Shown: positions 13,448 to 23,165 of the stretch, piece after piece
How positions within the stretch are numbered: the stretch's first letter is position 1
Layout of the letters: each line of letters starts with the position of its first letter
Origin: Fidelibacterota bacterium
GTDB taxonomy: Bacteria; Fidelibacterota; Marinisomatia; Marinisomatales; Marinisomataceae
DNA length: 64,000 bases
Assembly (NCBI GenBank): GCA_045560235.1
Contig: JBJKZP010000008.1
Span: 3,300 to 67,299 of the forward strand
Direction of reading: 5' to 3'
Notes under the pieces: model-generated
Databases searched by the model: none
What the model was told of the DNA's origin: nothing
The model's input: the letters and a program-made list of their open reading frames with translations, nothing else
Program-made: the position numbers and the translations under genes

Positions 13448-14734
13448 TTATTGACTCATTAAGTCTAAAAACTCTTGGTTTGTTTTTGTTCTTCTCATTC
13501 TATCAGTCATAAACTGCATAGCTTGCTCTGTAGACATTTCTCCTAACATTTTTCTTAAAATATACATTCTTGATAAATGCTGGTCCGACATAAGCAACTC
13601 TTCTTTACGAGTACCAGACTTAACAATATTGAATGCTGGATATATTCTTCTATCGCTTAATTCGCGATCTAGCATCAATTCCATATTACCAGTACCTTTG
13701 AACTCCTCAAAAATAACTCCATCCATTTTACTACCGGTGTCGATTAAAGCTGTTGCAATAATGGTTAAACTTCCTCCTTCTTCAGTATTTCTTGCAGCTC
13801 CAAAAAACTTCTTTGGCTTTCTGAGTGCGTTAGAATCCACACCGCCAGATAATATTTTACCACTGTGTGGTATAACTGCATTATGAGCTCTTCCTAGTCG
13901 AGTTATACTATCTAACAAAATTACAACATCTTTCCCACACTCTACTAATCGCTGTGCTTTTGCAAGAGCCATGTCAGATACCTGTACGTGTCTTTCTGGG
14001 CCTTCGTCAAATGTTGAAGCGATAACCTCTGCATCAACGCTTCTTTTCATATCTGTAACCTCTTCAGGTCTTTCATCAATTAAAAGTATTAGCAGGACTG
14101 TATTGGGGTGGTTTCTTCTTATTGCATTTGCAATTTTAGAAATTAAAATTGTTTTACCGGTTTTTGGCTGAGCAACAATTAATCCGCGCTGCCCTTTTCC
14201 AATGGGAGCAACCATATCCATAATTCTCATTGACATATCGCTCGTATTAGATAAGTTAAATTTCTCATTTGGATGCAAAGGAGTATATTTATCAAATTTT
14301 CTCTGACCTTTAATCTCTTCGGGATTAACTCCGTTTACTTTTTGCAAGTGAAGGAGAGCATGGAATCTTTCTTTTGATTTGGGGGCTCTCGTTGTTCCTT
14401 CAACAAAATGTCCTGTTTTTAATTTAAATCTTTTGATTTGTGACGGGCTAACATAAATATCTTCTGGTCCTGGTAAATAGTTATCATTTACACTTCTTAA
14501 AAAACCATAACCATCTGGCAATATTTCTAATACGCCTGCTGCCATTTTTTCGCTTTTTTGATTAAGGTCTTTTTTGACTTCTTTTTTATTATCCTCGGCG
14601 CTTGTTTTATCTACAGATGTAATAGCTTTTAGAAGCTCATCTTTAGACATAGAAGAAGATTTTTCAATGCTCATTGTTTTTGCAATTTCTTTTAGTTCGG
14701 TTAATTTTTTTTCTTTTAATTCAATTAATTTCAT
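13448..14734 (-). CDS. rho: Transcription termination factor Rho
   Basis: [45 protein letters not shown]. Confidence 0.99.
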   Translation of the reverse strand: MKLIELKEKKLTELKEIAKTMSIEKSSSMSKDELLKAITSVDKTSAEDNKKEVKKDLNQKSEKMAAGVLEILPDGYGFLRSVNDNYLPGPEDIYVSPSQIKRFKLKTGHFVEGTTRAPKSKERFHALLHLQKVNGVNPEEIKGQRKFDKYTPLHPNEKFNLSNTSDMSMRIMDMVAPIGKGQRGLIVAQPKTGKTILISKIANAIRRNHPNTVLLILLIDERPEEVTDMKRSVDAEVIASTFDEGPERHVQVSDMALAKAQRLVECGKDVVILLDSITRLGRAHNAVIPHSGKILSGGVDSNALRKPKKFFGAARNTEEGGSLTIIATALIDTGSKMDGVIFEEFKGTGNMELMLDRELSDRRIYPAFNIVKSGTRKEELLMSDQHLSRMYILRKMLGEMSTEQAMQFMTDRMRRTKTNQEFLDLMSQ

Positions 14735-14794
14735 AATTCCTCAGTTGTTGTGAAAATTCTTTAGGGGGGAAGTCACCTTGAAATACAAATTACG

Positions 14795-16039
14795 TTATAT
14801 ACTACCATTGTCAAAGGAAAAATCAAAAAAATTATACACATATTTTGCTATATAATGGCTACCAAATACTACTTTTGGACCATCAAACTTTTTATGTTCA
14901 AGGTACTGAAGCGCGTCTGAAAGATTTTCTATAAATTTAAAATTATTTAGATCTTTAGTTTTGTTTATATCATTTTTTCCAAGAATGTCTCTAGATGGTA
15001 TGGTGGATATGACAAGATCTTGAAAGCAGTTTTTAAATAAATCTAAAATCTCAGTCCTTATTTTATCATTTTTAATTACTACAAGCCCAAAAGGTTTTTT
15101 GTTGAATATATTTTTCAGATCTTCGCATAATATTTTAATGCCAGAGCTATTATGCGCAACGTCATAAAAAATATTATCACTCATTAACTGCATTCTTCCA
15201 GGCCAAATCCACTCATTTAAGCCGTGTTGTATTTTATCAGTACTCAAGTCTGGTAATATTTTCTTTATTGTTTCAATTGCTAAAATAGCATTTTGAGCTT
15301 GGAAAGAGCCGCTTTGAGGGATATAATATGATATATCTTTAAAAGTAAAATCCAATGAGTCATTCTTTTGTTTATTAATTTGAATATCGTTTTTATTGAT
15401 ATAATCAGTTGAGGTATCATTTTTAATTGAAAATTTTGAAATTACTTCTTGTATTTTTTTGTCATTATTAATCGTTGTGTTGGATACATTTGGTTTCATT
15501 ATCCCACATTTTTCTGCCGTAATTTCTTCTACAGAATCTCCAAGAAGGCGAGTATGATCAAAATCTATTTCTGTTATTATAGTCTGTATTGGTGAAAGGA
15601 CATTTGTTGAATCAAGTCTCCCACCAAGCCCGGTTTCGATGATAGCATAATCTACTTTATTTTTTGCAAAATAATTAAATGCCATTGCTGTTGTTGCTTC
15701 AAAGAATGTGATTGAGTTTTTATCAATATATCTTCTGTGTTTTTTTGTAAAACAAATAATTTCTTTGTTTGATATTGGTATTCCGTTGACTCTAATTCTT
15801 TCATTAAAATTAATAAGATGGGGAGAAGTATAAAGACCAACGCTGAATCCATTTTTTTGTAAAACCTTTGCCAAAATAGATGCTGTTGAACCTTTGCCAT
15901 TTGTTCCAGCAATATGAATTGATTTAAAACAACTTTCTGGGTTCTTACATTCTATTAAAAAATTTTCAATATTAACTAAACCAAGCTTAATGCCTCTATT
16001 TTGAAGTTTATATAAATATTCTAGAGTAGAATCAATCAT
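14795..16039 (-). CDS. folC: Folylpolyglutamate synthase/dihydrofolate synthase
   Basis: HIAGTNGKGST, YTSPHL, ETGLGGRLDSTN, WPGR, DVAHN. Confidence 0.96.
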   Translation of the reverse strand: MIDSTLEYLYKLQNRGIKLGLVNIENFLIECKNPESCFKSIHIAGTNGKGSTASILAKVLQKNGFSVGLYTSPHLINFNERIRVNGIPISNKEIICFTKKHRRYIDKNSITFFEATTAMAFNYFAKNKVDYAIIETGLGGRLDSTNVLSPIQTIITEIDFDHTRLLGDSVEEITAEKCGIMKPNVSNTTINNDKKIQEVISKFSIKNDTSTDYINKNDIQINKQKNDSLDFTFKDISYYIPQSGSFQAQNAILAIETIKKILPDLSTDKIQHGLNEWIWPGRMQLMSDNIFYDVAHNSSGIKILCEDLKNIFNKKPFGLVVIKNDKIRTEILDLFKNCFQDLVISTIPSRDILGKNDINKTKDLNNFKFIENLSDALQYLEHKKFDGPKVVFGSHYIAKYVYNFFDFSFDNGSI

Positions 16040-17189
16040 TATCTAAAGTTTTTTCATATTTTTCTAGTGCTCTAAAAATGGATGTCGCTAAAACTTCTCG
16101 ATACTGTGAGCTTCTTAGTTTTTTTTCTTCAGCTAAATTTGATATAAAACCAAGCTCAACTAATACATTTGGCATCGATGCTCCCATTAAAACATAAAAG
16201 CCTGCCTGTTTAACACCTCTATTTTTCCCCTGAACCCTTTTGCTAATCTCTTCTTGCACCAACGCAGCAAATTTCTCACTTTTTGACGCAAATGCGCTTT
16301 GTGCGATAGTTGCTTTTATTAAATCTTCATTTGTTAATTTTTTCCCCGAACTCCCTTCAAGTTCCAACACAGCGTTTTCCCTTGCTGCTACTCTTACAGC
16401 TGCTGCATTTTTGTTTGGCCCAATCAAAAATGTTTCAAACCCGCTGGCTCTTCTGTCGGTTGCAGCATTTGCATGAATGCTTATAAATAAACTACCATTA
16501 TTTTCATTTGCAATTTTTGTGCGTTCGCCTAATTTTAAAAAAATGTCTTCGTCTCTTGTTAAAACAGTTTTGACTTTCATATTTTTTGAAATTTTTTTCT
16601 CGAGTCTTTTTGCTACATCTAAAGCAATATCCTTTTCTAGGGTCCCTCTGTAGCCTACGGCTCCCGGATCTTTTCCTCCGTGCCCTGGATCAATAATAAT
16701 TGTTGAAAATTTCCATTTATTTTTTTCAACATTTATATTATTTGTGGGGGTATTATTACGTTTTGATTTTGAAGAAATTATAATTTCTGAACTATTTGAC
16801 ATAATTGACAAATTTTGGAAGGAAGAGTTAATTATTTTGATAAATGAACCAATATTTACAAAATATTCATTATCTCTTTTAATAACTTTAGAAGATAGTT
16901 GATATATATTGTCATCAATTAATAAGAATGCAATTCCGTTTGTTATTTTTATCTTTTTGTTTTCTAAATAAAAAACAACTTTTTCTGTTTTTTCACTTAT
17001 GTATGGCTCTGTGTCAATCGATGATAAAAAATCATTTATTGAAAAAAAATTATTATTTTCAATGGTATCAATTTTGCTAAGCAGTTGATTATTTTTTACA
17101 AGCTTAATGGTGTTGTTTGTATCACCAAAACTAATTGAAGTAAACAGATATAAAATAAGAAAATTTGATTTTATTTGGAATAATTTCAT
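16032..17189 (-). CDS. N-acetylmuramoyl-L-alanine amidase (Amidase_3)
   Basis: IIDPGHGGKDPGA, EK, FISIHANA, VLVELGFISN; N-terminal signal/anchor. Confidence 0.95.
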   Translation of the reverse strand: MKLFQIKSNFLILYLFTSISFGDTNNTIKLVKNNQLLSKIDTIENNNFFSINDFLSSIDTEPYISEKTEKVVFYLENKKIKITNGIAFLLIDDNIYQLSSKVIKRDNEYFVNIGSFIKIINSSFQNLSIMSNSSEIIISSKSKRNNTPTNNINVEKNKWKFSTIIIDPGHGGKDPGAVGYRGTLEKDIALDVAKRLEKKISKNMKVKTVLTRDEDIFLKLGERTKIANENNGSLFISIHANAATDRRASGFETFLIGPNKNAAAVRVAARENAVLELEGSSGKKLTNEDLIKATIAQSAFASKSEKFAALVQEEISKRVQGKNRGVKQAGFYVLMGASMPNVLVELGFISNLAEEKKLRSSQYREVLATSIFRALEKYEKTLDND

Positions 17190-17215
17190 CTATTGAAATT
17201 ATTATAAAAAAATGT

Positions 17216-17243
17216 AAAAGGGCTCAAAAATTGAGCCCTTTTT
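17216..17243 (-). terminator. Intrinsic terminator after the microprotein pair
   Basis: AAAAGGGCTCAA-aaa-TTGAGCCCTTTT inverted repeat, with a T-rich tail on both strands. Confidence 0.85.
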
Positions 17244-17268
17244 ATTTCAATCAATGTAGAAAAAAATA

Positions 17269-17481
17269 TTATTTTTTCATCCACATTGCAACAATCATAA
17301 CTGCTACCAATCCAGCAACGCCACCGTCTCCAATAGCGCTAACCGCATTACCAATACCTGCAATAACTCCGAAGATGTCATCATACAGGATACCAATAAT
17401 AGTACCAGCAACAATTAAGTTGATTAATAGACCTGTAGTCATGCCTAAAAAATCATTGATTTGTTTTATCACATTTTTCAT
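17269..17481 (-). CDS. Small hydrophobic membrane protein B (70 aa), unknown function
   Basis: AAGGAG 8 nt before ATG; two hydrophobic helices; gapless similarity to 17556..17762; followed by a terminator. Confidence 0.85.
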   Translation of the reverse strand: MKNVIKQINDFLGMTTGLLINLIVAGTIIGILYDDIFGVIAGIGNAVSAIGDGGVAGLVAVMIVAMWMKK

Positions 17482-17504
17482 TGTGTTTTCTCCTTCGAGC
17501 TTTT

Positions 17505-17531
17505 TAGAGCTCCTCTACACGAGGAGCTCTA
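17505..17531. promoter_or_regulatory. Perfect 11-bp intergenic hairpin between the two microprotein genes
   Basis: TAGAGCTCCTC-tacac-GAGGAGCTCTA; followed by A-run, not U-run, on the coding (-) strand. Confidence 0.7.
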
Positions 17532-17555
17532 TTTATTAGTAAATACTGATCTATT

Positions 17556-17762
17556 CTACAGCCAAGACAAAAAGACAACTAATACTAGTAGTCCTGTTAG
17601 TCCGCCATTAAGAAAAGTATCTACAAAACCCATTATACCACCAAGTGCATCTACTGGTGTGTCGAAAAGGATACCTGCAAAAACAAAAAATATAATTGCA
17701 GCCTTAACTACGCCTGTTAACCCATTTAAAGCACCATTTAACATTGAATCCCATGAAGCCAT
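17556..17762 (-). CDS. Small hydrophobic membrane protein A (68 aa), unknown function
   Basis: AAGGAGG 6 nt before ATG; two hydrophobic helices; paralog of 17269..17481. Confidence 0.85.
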   Translation of the reverse strand: MASWDSMLNGALNGLTGVVKAAIIFFVFAGILFDTPVDALGGIMGFVDTFLNGGLTGLLVLVVFLSWL

Positions 17763-17794
17763 GTTATTCCTCCTTGATTAGTTAATAACTAGTT

Positions 17795-17836
17795 AAAAAA
17801 AAGGCAAAAAACCTATAAAACAATGGTTTTTTTGCC
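17795..17836 (-). terminator. Terminator-like hairpin in the 5' leader of the microprotein operon
   Basis: On - strand GGCAAAAAAACC-11 nt-GGTTTTTTGCC followed by T8, about 20 nt upstream of the RBS. Confidence 0.6.
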
Positions 17837-17903
17837 CCCGGTATTAATCATGTCAATATGATTAAATTTTTTAAAAATTATCCAATAATTCATATTCTTT
17901 AAC

Positions 17904-17932
17904 ATTATAGTCCATTTTTGTACGTGAATCAA
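17904..17932 (-). promoter_or_regulatory. Sigma70-type promoter for the microprotein locus
   Basis: TTGATT-17 nt-TATAAT on the - strand. Confidence 0.7.
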
Positions 17933-18065
17933 CCTTTTTTGGAAATTATAAAAATAATTAAAAACACTACTTTTCAAGTATTTTTATATTTTTAAATTCA
18001 CAAATAAATCAAATAATACTTAAATCAAATATTTTATATCAATCTAGTTTGCATTAACTTTTTGT

Positions 18066-19349
18066 ATGGGAAAGTCGCAAAAACCAATCATTGAAAATAT
18101 TTATGCTAGAGAAATTTTAGACTCAAGAGGATTTCCGACTGTCGAGGTTGAAGTAACAGCGTCAGGATATACAGGTGTCTCTGCAGTGCCCTCTGGCGCA
18201 TCTACTGGAGAATTTGAAGCTCTTGAATTAAGAGATAATGATAGCAAAAGATTTGATGGTAAGGGTGTTAAAAAAGCTGTTTATAATATTATTAATCATT
18301 TTGCTCCTTCTTTAATTGGCAAAGATGCTAGTAATCAACAATTAATTGATGACATTTTGCTAAACTGTGATGGAACCTCTAATAAAAGCAAATATGGGGC
18401 TAATGCTAGCTTGGGAATCTCAATGGCCAGCGCGGTTGCAAGCGCTGCTTTTTTTAACAAACCATTATATATGCATTTAAATAGTAGCAGCAAATTAATG
18501 CCTGTTCCTATGATTAATGTTTTAAATGGTGGAATGCATGCTGATAAAGGATCTGACTTACAAGAAATTATGTTGTTTCCTCACGGAGCTAATACGTTTT
18601 CAGATTCGATTCGGATGGGTTCAGAAGTTTTTCATCAATTAAAAAAAGAGCTAAAGAAACAAGGTCTTGGTACAACTGTTGGGGATGAAGGCGGTTTTGC
18701 TCCTTGTTTAAAATCAAATGAACATGCTATTGAAATGCTTCTAAATGCAATTGAAAGCAGTGGGTATAAAGTAGGATCAGAAATTTCATTAGCCCTTGAT
18801 GTTGCGGCTTCAAGTTTCTGTAAAGATGGGATTTATTCATTAAAAGTAGATGGTAACAATTTGGATTCGGATGGAATGATAAAGTTTTATGAAAACTTAA
18901 TAACTCAGTATCCGATTATATCAATTGAAGACGGTTTGGATGAAAACGATTGGGATGGATGGACCAATCTCAATAAGGCGCTTGGCGATAAAATACAAAT
19001 TGTTGGAGATGATTTAACTGTAACAAACCCATCAAAACTTAAAAGAGCCATAGAGAGTAGTGCAATTAATTCAATTCTTATCAAACTTAATCAAATAGGA
19101 ACAGTTTCTGAAACAATTGAAGCAATCAATATAGCAAAGCAAAATAATTGTAATTTTATTATATCCCACAGATCTGGTGAAACAGAAGATACTTTTATTT
19201 CTGACCTCTCTGTTGCTATGGGCGGAGGTCAAATAAAAACTGGGTCTGTTTGCAGATCAGATAGAACGGCAAAATATAACCGCCTTTTAAGAATTGAAGA
19301 TGAATTAGAAAATCCTATTTACTGCAATACATTAAATTTTGTCAAATGA
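18066..19349 (+). CDS. eno: Enolase
   Basis: REILDSRG, VPSGASTG, GDEGGFAP, ILIKLNQIG, SHRSGETED. Confidence 0.99.
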   Translation: MGKSQKPIIENIYAREILDSRGFPTVEVEVTASGYTGVSAVPSGASTGEFEALELRDNDSKRFDGKGVKKAVYNIINHFAPSLIGKDASNQQLIDDILLNCDGTSNKSKYGANASLGISMASAVASAAFFNKPLYMHLNSSSKLMPVPMINVLNGGMHADKGSDLQEIMLFPHGANTFSDSIRMGSEVFHQLKKELKKQGLGTTVGDEGGFAPCLKSNEHAIEMLLNAIESSGYKVGSEISLALDVAASSFCKDGIYSLKVDGNNLDSDGMIKFYENLITQYPIISIEDGLDENDWDGWTNLNKALGDKIQIVGDDLTVTNPSKLKRAIESSAINSILIKLNQIGTVSETIEAINIAKQNNCNFIISHRSGETEDTFISDLSVAMGGGQIKTGSVCRSDRTAKYNRLLRIEDELENPIYCNTLNFVK

Positions 19350-19630
19350 AATCTTTTTTGACTTTAACTAATTTATTAATGGCGCTTATTGTTGCCGGAT
19401 GTTTATCTCTCATTTTTTTTAGCGACAGAGGACTAATCAATCTATGGTCTTTAAAAAAAGAAAAGCTTGAAATCCAAAATGATATTAACAGCCTAAGAAA
19501 TCAAATTGCTATGCTTGAAAAAGAAGAGGATAAGTTAAAATTTGATGAAAAATATATTGAAAAAATTGCCAGAGAAAAGTTTAAAATGGTAAAACCGGGC
19601 GAACGTGTTTTCAAAGTAGTTGAAGAATAA
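19346..19630 (+). CDS. ftsB: Septum formation initiator FtsB/DivIC
   Basis: N-terminal TM helix, coiled coil, IEKIAREKFKMVKPGE; conserved position after eno. Confidence 0.9.
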   Translation: MKSFLTLTNLLMALIVAGCLSLIFFSDRGLINLWSLKKEKLEIQNDINSLRNQIAMLEKEEDKLKFDEKYIEKIAREKFKMVKPGERVFKVVEE

Positions 19631-19632
19631 AC

Positions 19633-20304
19633 TTATTTAAAAACATCTTTTGCGACAGAAAACGATTTAACATCTGGGAAGTGATATCTTACTAATTCAG
19701 CAATAAATTGGGACATTACCTTCTTATTGTAGTTTGTAGTAAAGTTGTTTTTACTTAAAATAAAATCAGATTCAAATATATTGCTTAAATCTGATAACAA
19801 TTCTGGGTTTTTCTGTTGAAACCTTTTTACAATCGGATGGCCTTTTGCATTAATAATATCGTATCCACTATTTCTTAAAAAATGTATAAGAAAAAAATAA
19901 AATGCGTTGTTTAAGTTTTTATCATTTTTTTCAAAAAAATTCATAACCACGCTTAGAACTTTATATGTTGTTTTATCGGGAGTGCTTTCATCAAAAGTCT
20001 TGTCAATAATCTCTAACATTGCTGTACATAAAATTGTCTTTTTAAGGTCGCTACATATATTTGTCCAGCCGTTTAAAAGCTTAGAGCTATAAACGGGATG
20101 TATTTGTCTTTTAGCATAATGTGAATAATCTATTTTTATTTCATTAAGTTGTTGATAAATAGCTTTATTGGGTGATTTTTGACGCATTGCTGCCTTAATA
20201 ATATATGTTGCCTTTCCTTTTTCTGAAGTGAAGAGGCGTACTATCAAACTAGATTCTTTAAATATGCTTGTTTTTAAAACAAATGCCGGGGTAGAAATTT
20301 TCAT
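19633..20304 (-). CDS. recO: DNA repair protein RecO (short form, no Cys4 finger)
   Basis: AFVLKTSIFKESSLIVRLFTSEKGK N-terminal OB-fold pattern; helical C-terminal domain. Confidence 0.85.
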   Translation of the reverse strand: MKISTPAFVLKTSIFKESSLIVRLFTSEKGKATYIIKAAMRQKSPNKAIYQQLNEIKIDYSHYAKRQIHPVYSSKLLNGWTNICSDLKKTILCTAMLEIIDKTFDESTPDKTTYKVLSVVMNFFEKNDKNLNNAFYFFLIHFLRNSGYDIINAKGHPIVKRFQQKNPELLSDLSNIFESDFILSKNNFTTNYNKKVMSQFIAELVRYHFPDVKSFSVAKDVFK

Positions 20305-21347
20305 TTTGGAGACTCTATTTTACCCCAACCTTTATGAGTAAGGCTACCAAAATAAAGCTCATCACCATACTGTTTAACGCTTGTTATGGGCGAATAAGCA
20401 TCATTTCCACCATATTGAAGGTTGTATAAAATATTTCCATTTTTATCAATTCCTAAAGCAAATGCATAGGGTTCTGGTTGAGGCTGTAAAAACTCTGGCA
20501 ATCTCAAGGCTAGCTTTCTAAAAAAAGGTTTATCTGATGTTTGATCAATAAAGTCGTTTCTTACAGTAAAAAGTGCCACCCAATAGATTCCTTCCCCATT
20601 TGAAGAAATATTGTCTGGAAAGCCGGGCAAGTTTTCAATAACAACTTCTGATGTGCCAGCTTTTTCTCCTTTAAGCCAATATTTTTTTATTCGATACATA
20701 AACGTTTCATTAAACAAAACAAAGGAATCGTCAGGGCTTACAGCAACTCCGTTTGCAAAATATAAACTATCAAGCAACGTGGTTGTAAGTTTGGTTTTGG
20801 GATCATAAACTAACAATCTTCCGTTTGGTTTATGCTCCATAACTTCAATTCTATCTTCCCCATATCCAAACTGATCAGAAGCATCAGAAAAGTAGATTTT
20901 CCCATCAGTTGCAATATCTAGGTCATCTGCAAAACCGAGTGGAATGCCATCTGAATCAGATTTTGTTGAAAGGATGGTAGCAACCCCTTGTTGATTAATA
21001 GATATTAGTCCTTTAATTGCATCTGCAACAATTAAGTTGTTGTTAACATCAAATACCATCCCAAGCGGGCGGCCGCCAGTTTTATAAAATTCACCCAAAG
21101 AGCTCATAATTACTCCGTCGTGATAACCCGCATATAAGGTTCCGCCATTAATAGCTATGTCTTCTGGGCCATAATGTCCATCATCTTCCCAAAATATCTC
21201 TATATTTTTCAAATAATCATTTTTTGCATATATGCCCGTCATTGATGGTGGTTCGGGAGAATCCCAAGCAACTGGATTAATTGGGACTGGCCACAGCAAA
21301 AGATAAAACAAACAAATTAATACCGAATAGGATAGCGCTTTAATAAT
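20301..21347 (-). CDS. Strictosidine synthase-like / SMP-30 family beta-propeller
   Basis: YLLLWPVPI anchor, GPEDI, GGRPLG, FADDLDI, LYFANGVA, NLPGFPDNI; frame is open upstream of the tracked TTG (21311) to ATT at 21347. Confidence 0.88.
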   Translation of the reverse strand: MIKALSYSVLICLFYLLLWPVPINPVAWDSPEPPSMTGIYAKNDYLKNIEIFWEDDGHYGPEDIAINGGTLYAGYHDGVIMSSLGEFYKTGGRPLGMVFDVNNNLIVADAIKGLISINQQGVATILSTKSDSDGIPLGFADDLDIATDGKIYFSDASDQFGYGEDRIEVMEHKPNGRLLVYDPKTKLTTTLLDSLYFANGVAVSPDDSFVLFNETFMYRIKKYWLKGEKAGTSEVVIENLPGFPDNISSNGEGIYWVALFTVRNDFIDQTSDKPFFRKLALRLPEFLQPQPEPYAFALGIDKNGNILYNLQYGGNDAYSPITSVKQYGDELYFGSLTHKGWGKIESPK

Positions 21348-21646
21348 TAAGCTTCCTCAATTATTTTATTAATTTCCTTAAAAATATTAAATACTAGCGC
21401 AAAATATATAATTCCCATAACCATTCCATAAAATTTTGAAATATTGTACACTACAGAAATTAGATATAATGTATATAATCCAAATATCACGTGTGGATGC
21501 AATAAGTGTGGAGTGGTCGGAAGAAAAAGTAGGCTCCATGTATTGTTCCCAGTCAATAAGTCATATATAAATAACGATATAAGAGGATACGCAATATTCA
21601 AAAACCAAAAGCCAAGAAGGAATAGGATAATTTTTTTTACAACCAT
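21347..21646 (-). CDS. Hypothetical membrane protein (99 aa)
   Basis: Three hydrophobic segments; fills the gap between proS and the propeller gene exactly. Confidence 0.65.
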   Translation of the reverse strand: MVVKKIILFLLGFWFLNIAYPLISLFIYDLLTGNNTWSLLFLPTTPHLLHPHVIFGLYTLYLISVVYNISKFYGMVMGIIYFALVFNIFKEINKIIEEA

Positions 21647-21648
21647 AT

Positions 21649-23109
21649 CTAGTATGCTTTTGCAAAAACAACCAGGTGCTTAGCTGGTTTCTTGGAATAA
21701 ATACACTTTTTTGTACTGTCTTCAACATCCTCTATAATACAACGGATTGTTGCTTTGGTTTCTTCTTTAATTTTTAGCTCTGTCTCATCACAACCGTCCC
21801 AATATGCTTTAATGAACTTATTCTCTGCAGTGAAAATTTCAGAAAAACTATCGAAATTTTCTGCTGTGCAAGTATTTTCTTCCATAAATATTTTGGCATC
21901 GCTCAACATTTTATTTTGAATGTTTTCTAGTATATCTTGTACTTCGTTTAAACTGTCAACGCTTAGCTGTTTTTTCTCTTTATTATCTCTTCTACAAAGC
22001 GTTACTTGTTTATTCTCAAGTTCTTTAAGTCCAACTTCTAGCCTAATTGGCACGCCCTTTAATTCCCATTTATTAAACTTGAAACCAGGACTGCCGTCGC
22101 TGTCATCTACTTTAGTTCGTATATTGACACTACTTAGTGTATTAGAAATATTGTTGATATAATCCGAGAACTCTTTTTTGTTCTCTTTTTTTGGATTGAT
22201 TGGAATTATAATAATCTGTATTGGTGCTATCCTCGGTGGAAGCTTTAATCCATTATCATCTCCATGCACCATTATAAGAGCACCAACCATTCTAGTGCTT
22301 ACTCCCCAGCTTGTTGCATAAACAGGTAGTTCTTTGTTGTCCTTGCTTTGAAATTTGACATCAAAAGCTGATCCGAAATTTGTTCCAAGATAGTGCGAGG
22401 TTCCGGCTTGTAAGGCTTTTTTATCTTGCATCATTGTCTCAATTGAAAACGTTTCATCTGCCCCCGCAAATCTTTCGAGGTTTGATTTTCTCCCAATAAT
22501 TGTTGGTATAGCTAAATACTCTTCAAACAATGTTCGGTATACTTCTACAATCTCTAAGGTTTCTTGCATTGCCTCTTCTTTTGTTGCATGCGCTGTATGT
22601 CCTTCTTGCCATAAAAATTCTGACGTTCTTAGAAACAGTCTCGTTCTCATCTCCCATCTAACTACGTTTGCCCATTGATTTACTTTTAAAGGTAAATCTC
22701 TATATGATGTAATCCACTTTTTAAACATATGCCATATAATAGTTTCTGAAGTTGGCCTAACGATTATCTCTTCTTCTAATTTTGATTCGGGATCTACCTG
22801 TAAATTTCCATCTTCTGTGATTAGTCTTGAGTGAGTAACGACTGCACATTCTTTTGCAAATCCTTCAACGTGCTTAGCTTCTTTTTCTAAAAAGCTTTTT
22901 GGAATAAATAAAGGGAAATAGGCATTTTCATGACCTGTATCTTCAATCATTTTGTTTAATGAGTCTCTGATGTTGGTCCATAGTGCAAAACCGTATGGTT
23001 TTACCACCATTGTCCCTTTTACTGGGCCATAGTCTGCTAAATCAGTATCTAATATAACGTCCGTATACCATTTAGAAAAATTTTCACTTTGTTTTGTAAT
23101 TTTTGCCAT
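21649..23109 (-). CDS. proS: Proline--tRNA ligase, archaeal/eukaryotic type
   Basis: RPTSET, QWANVVRWE, EFLWQEGHT, QAGTSHYLG, C-terminal FAKAY; no INS editing domain. Confidence 0.98.
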   Translation of the reverse strand: MAKITKQSENFSKWYTDVILDTDLADYGPVKGTMVVKPYGFALWTNIRDSLNKMIEDTGHENAYFPLFIPKSFLEKEAKHVEGFAKECAVVTHSRLITEDGNLQVDPESKLEEEIIVRPTSETIIWHMFKKWITSYRDLPLKVNQWANVVRWEMRTRLFLRTSEFLWQEGHTAHATKEEAMQETLEIVEVYRTLFEEYLAIPTIIGRKSNLERFAGADETFSIETMMQDKKALQAGTSHYLGTNFGSAFDVKFQSKDNKELPVYATSWGVSTRMVGALIMVHGDDNGLKLPPRIAPIQIIIIPINPKKENKKEFSDYINNISNTLSSVNIRTKVDDSDGSPGFKFNKWELKGVPIRLEVGLKELENKQVTLCRRDNKEKKQLSVDSLNEVQDILENIQNKMLSDAKIFMEENTCTAENFDSFSEIFTAENKFIKAYWDGCDETELKIKEETKATIRCIIEDVEDSTKKCIYSKKPAKHLVVFAKAY

Positions 23110-23165
23110 TTACTTACACTTTAATATGTTATAAAGTAGAGTTAATTTATAGAAATTCCAATACA

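Noticed and set aside
17501-17531. TTTTAGAGCT resembles the start of a type II-A CRISPR repeat
   Set aside because: Single copy, part of a hairpin arm; no array and no cas genes
17165-17781. Plus-strand ORFs 17165..17539 and 17461..17781
   Set aside because: Antisense shadows; the minus-strand pair has the SDs, promoter, terminator and mutual homology
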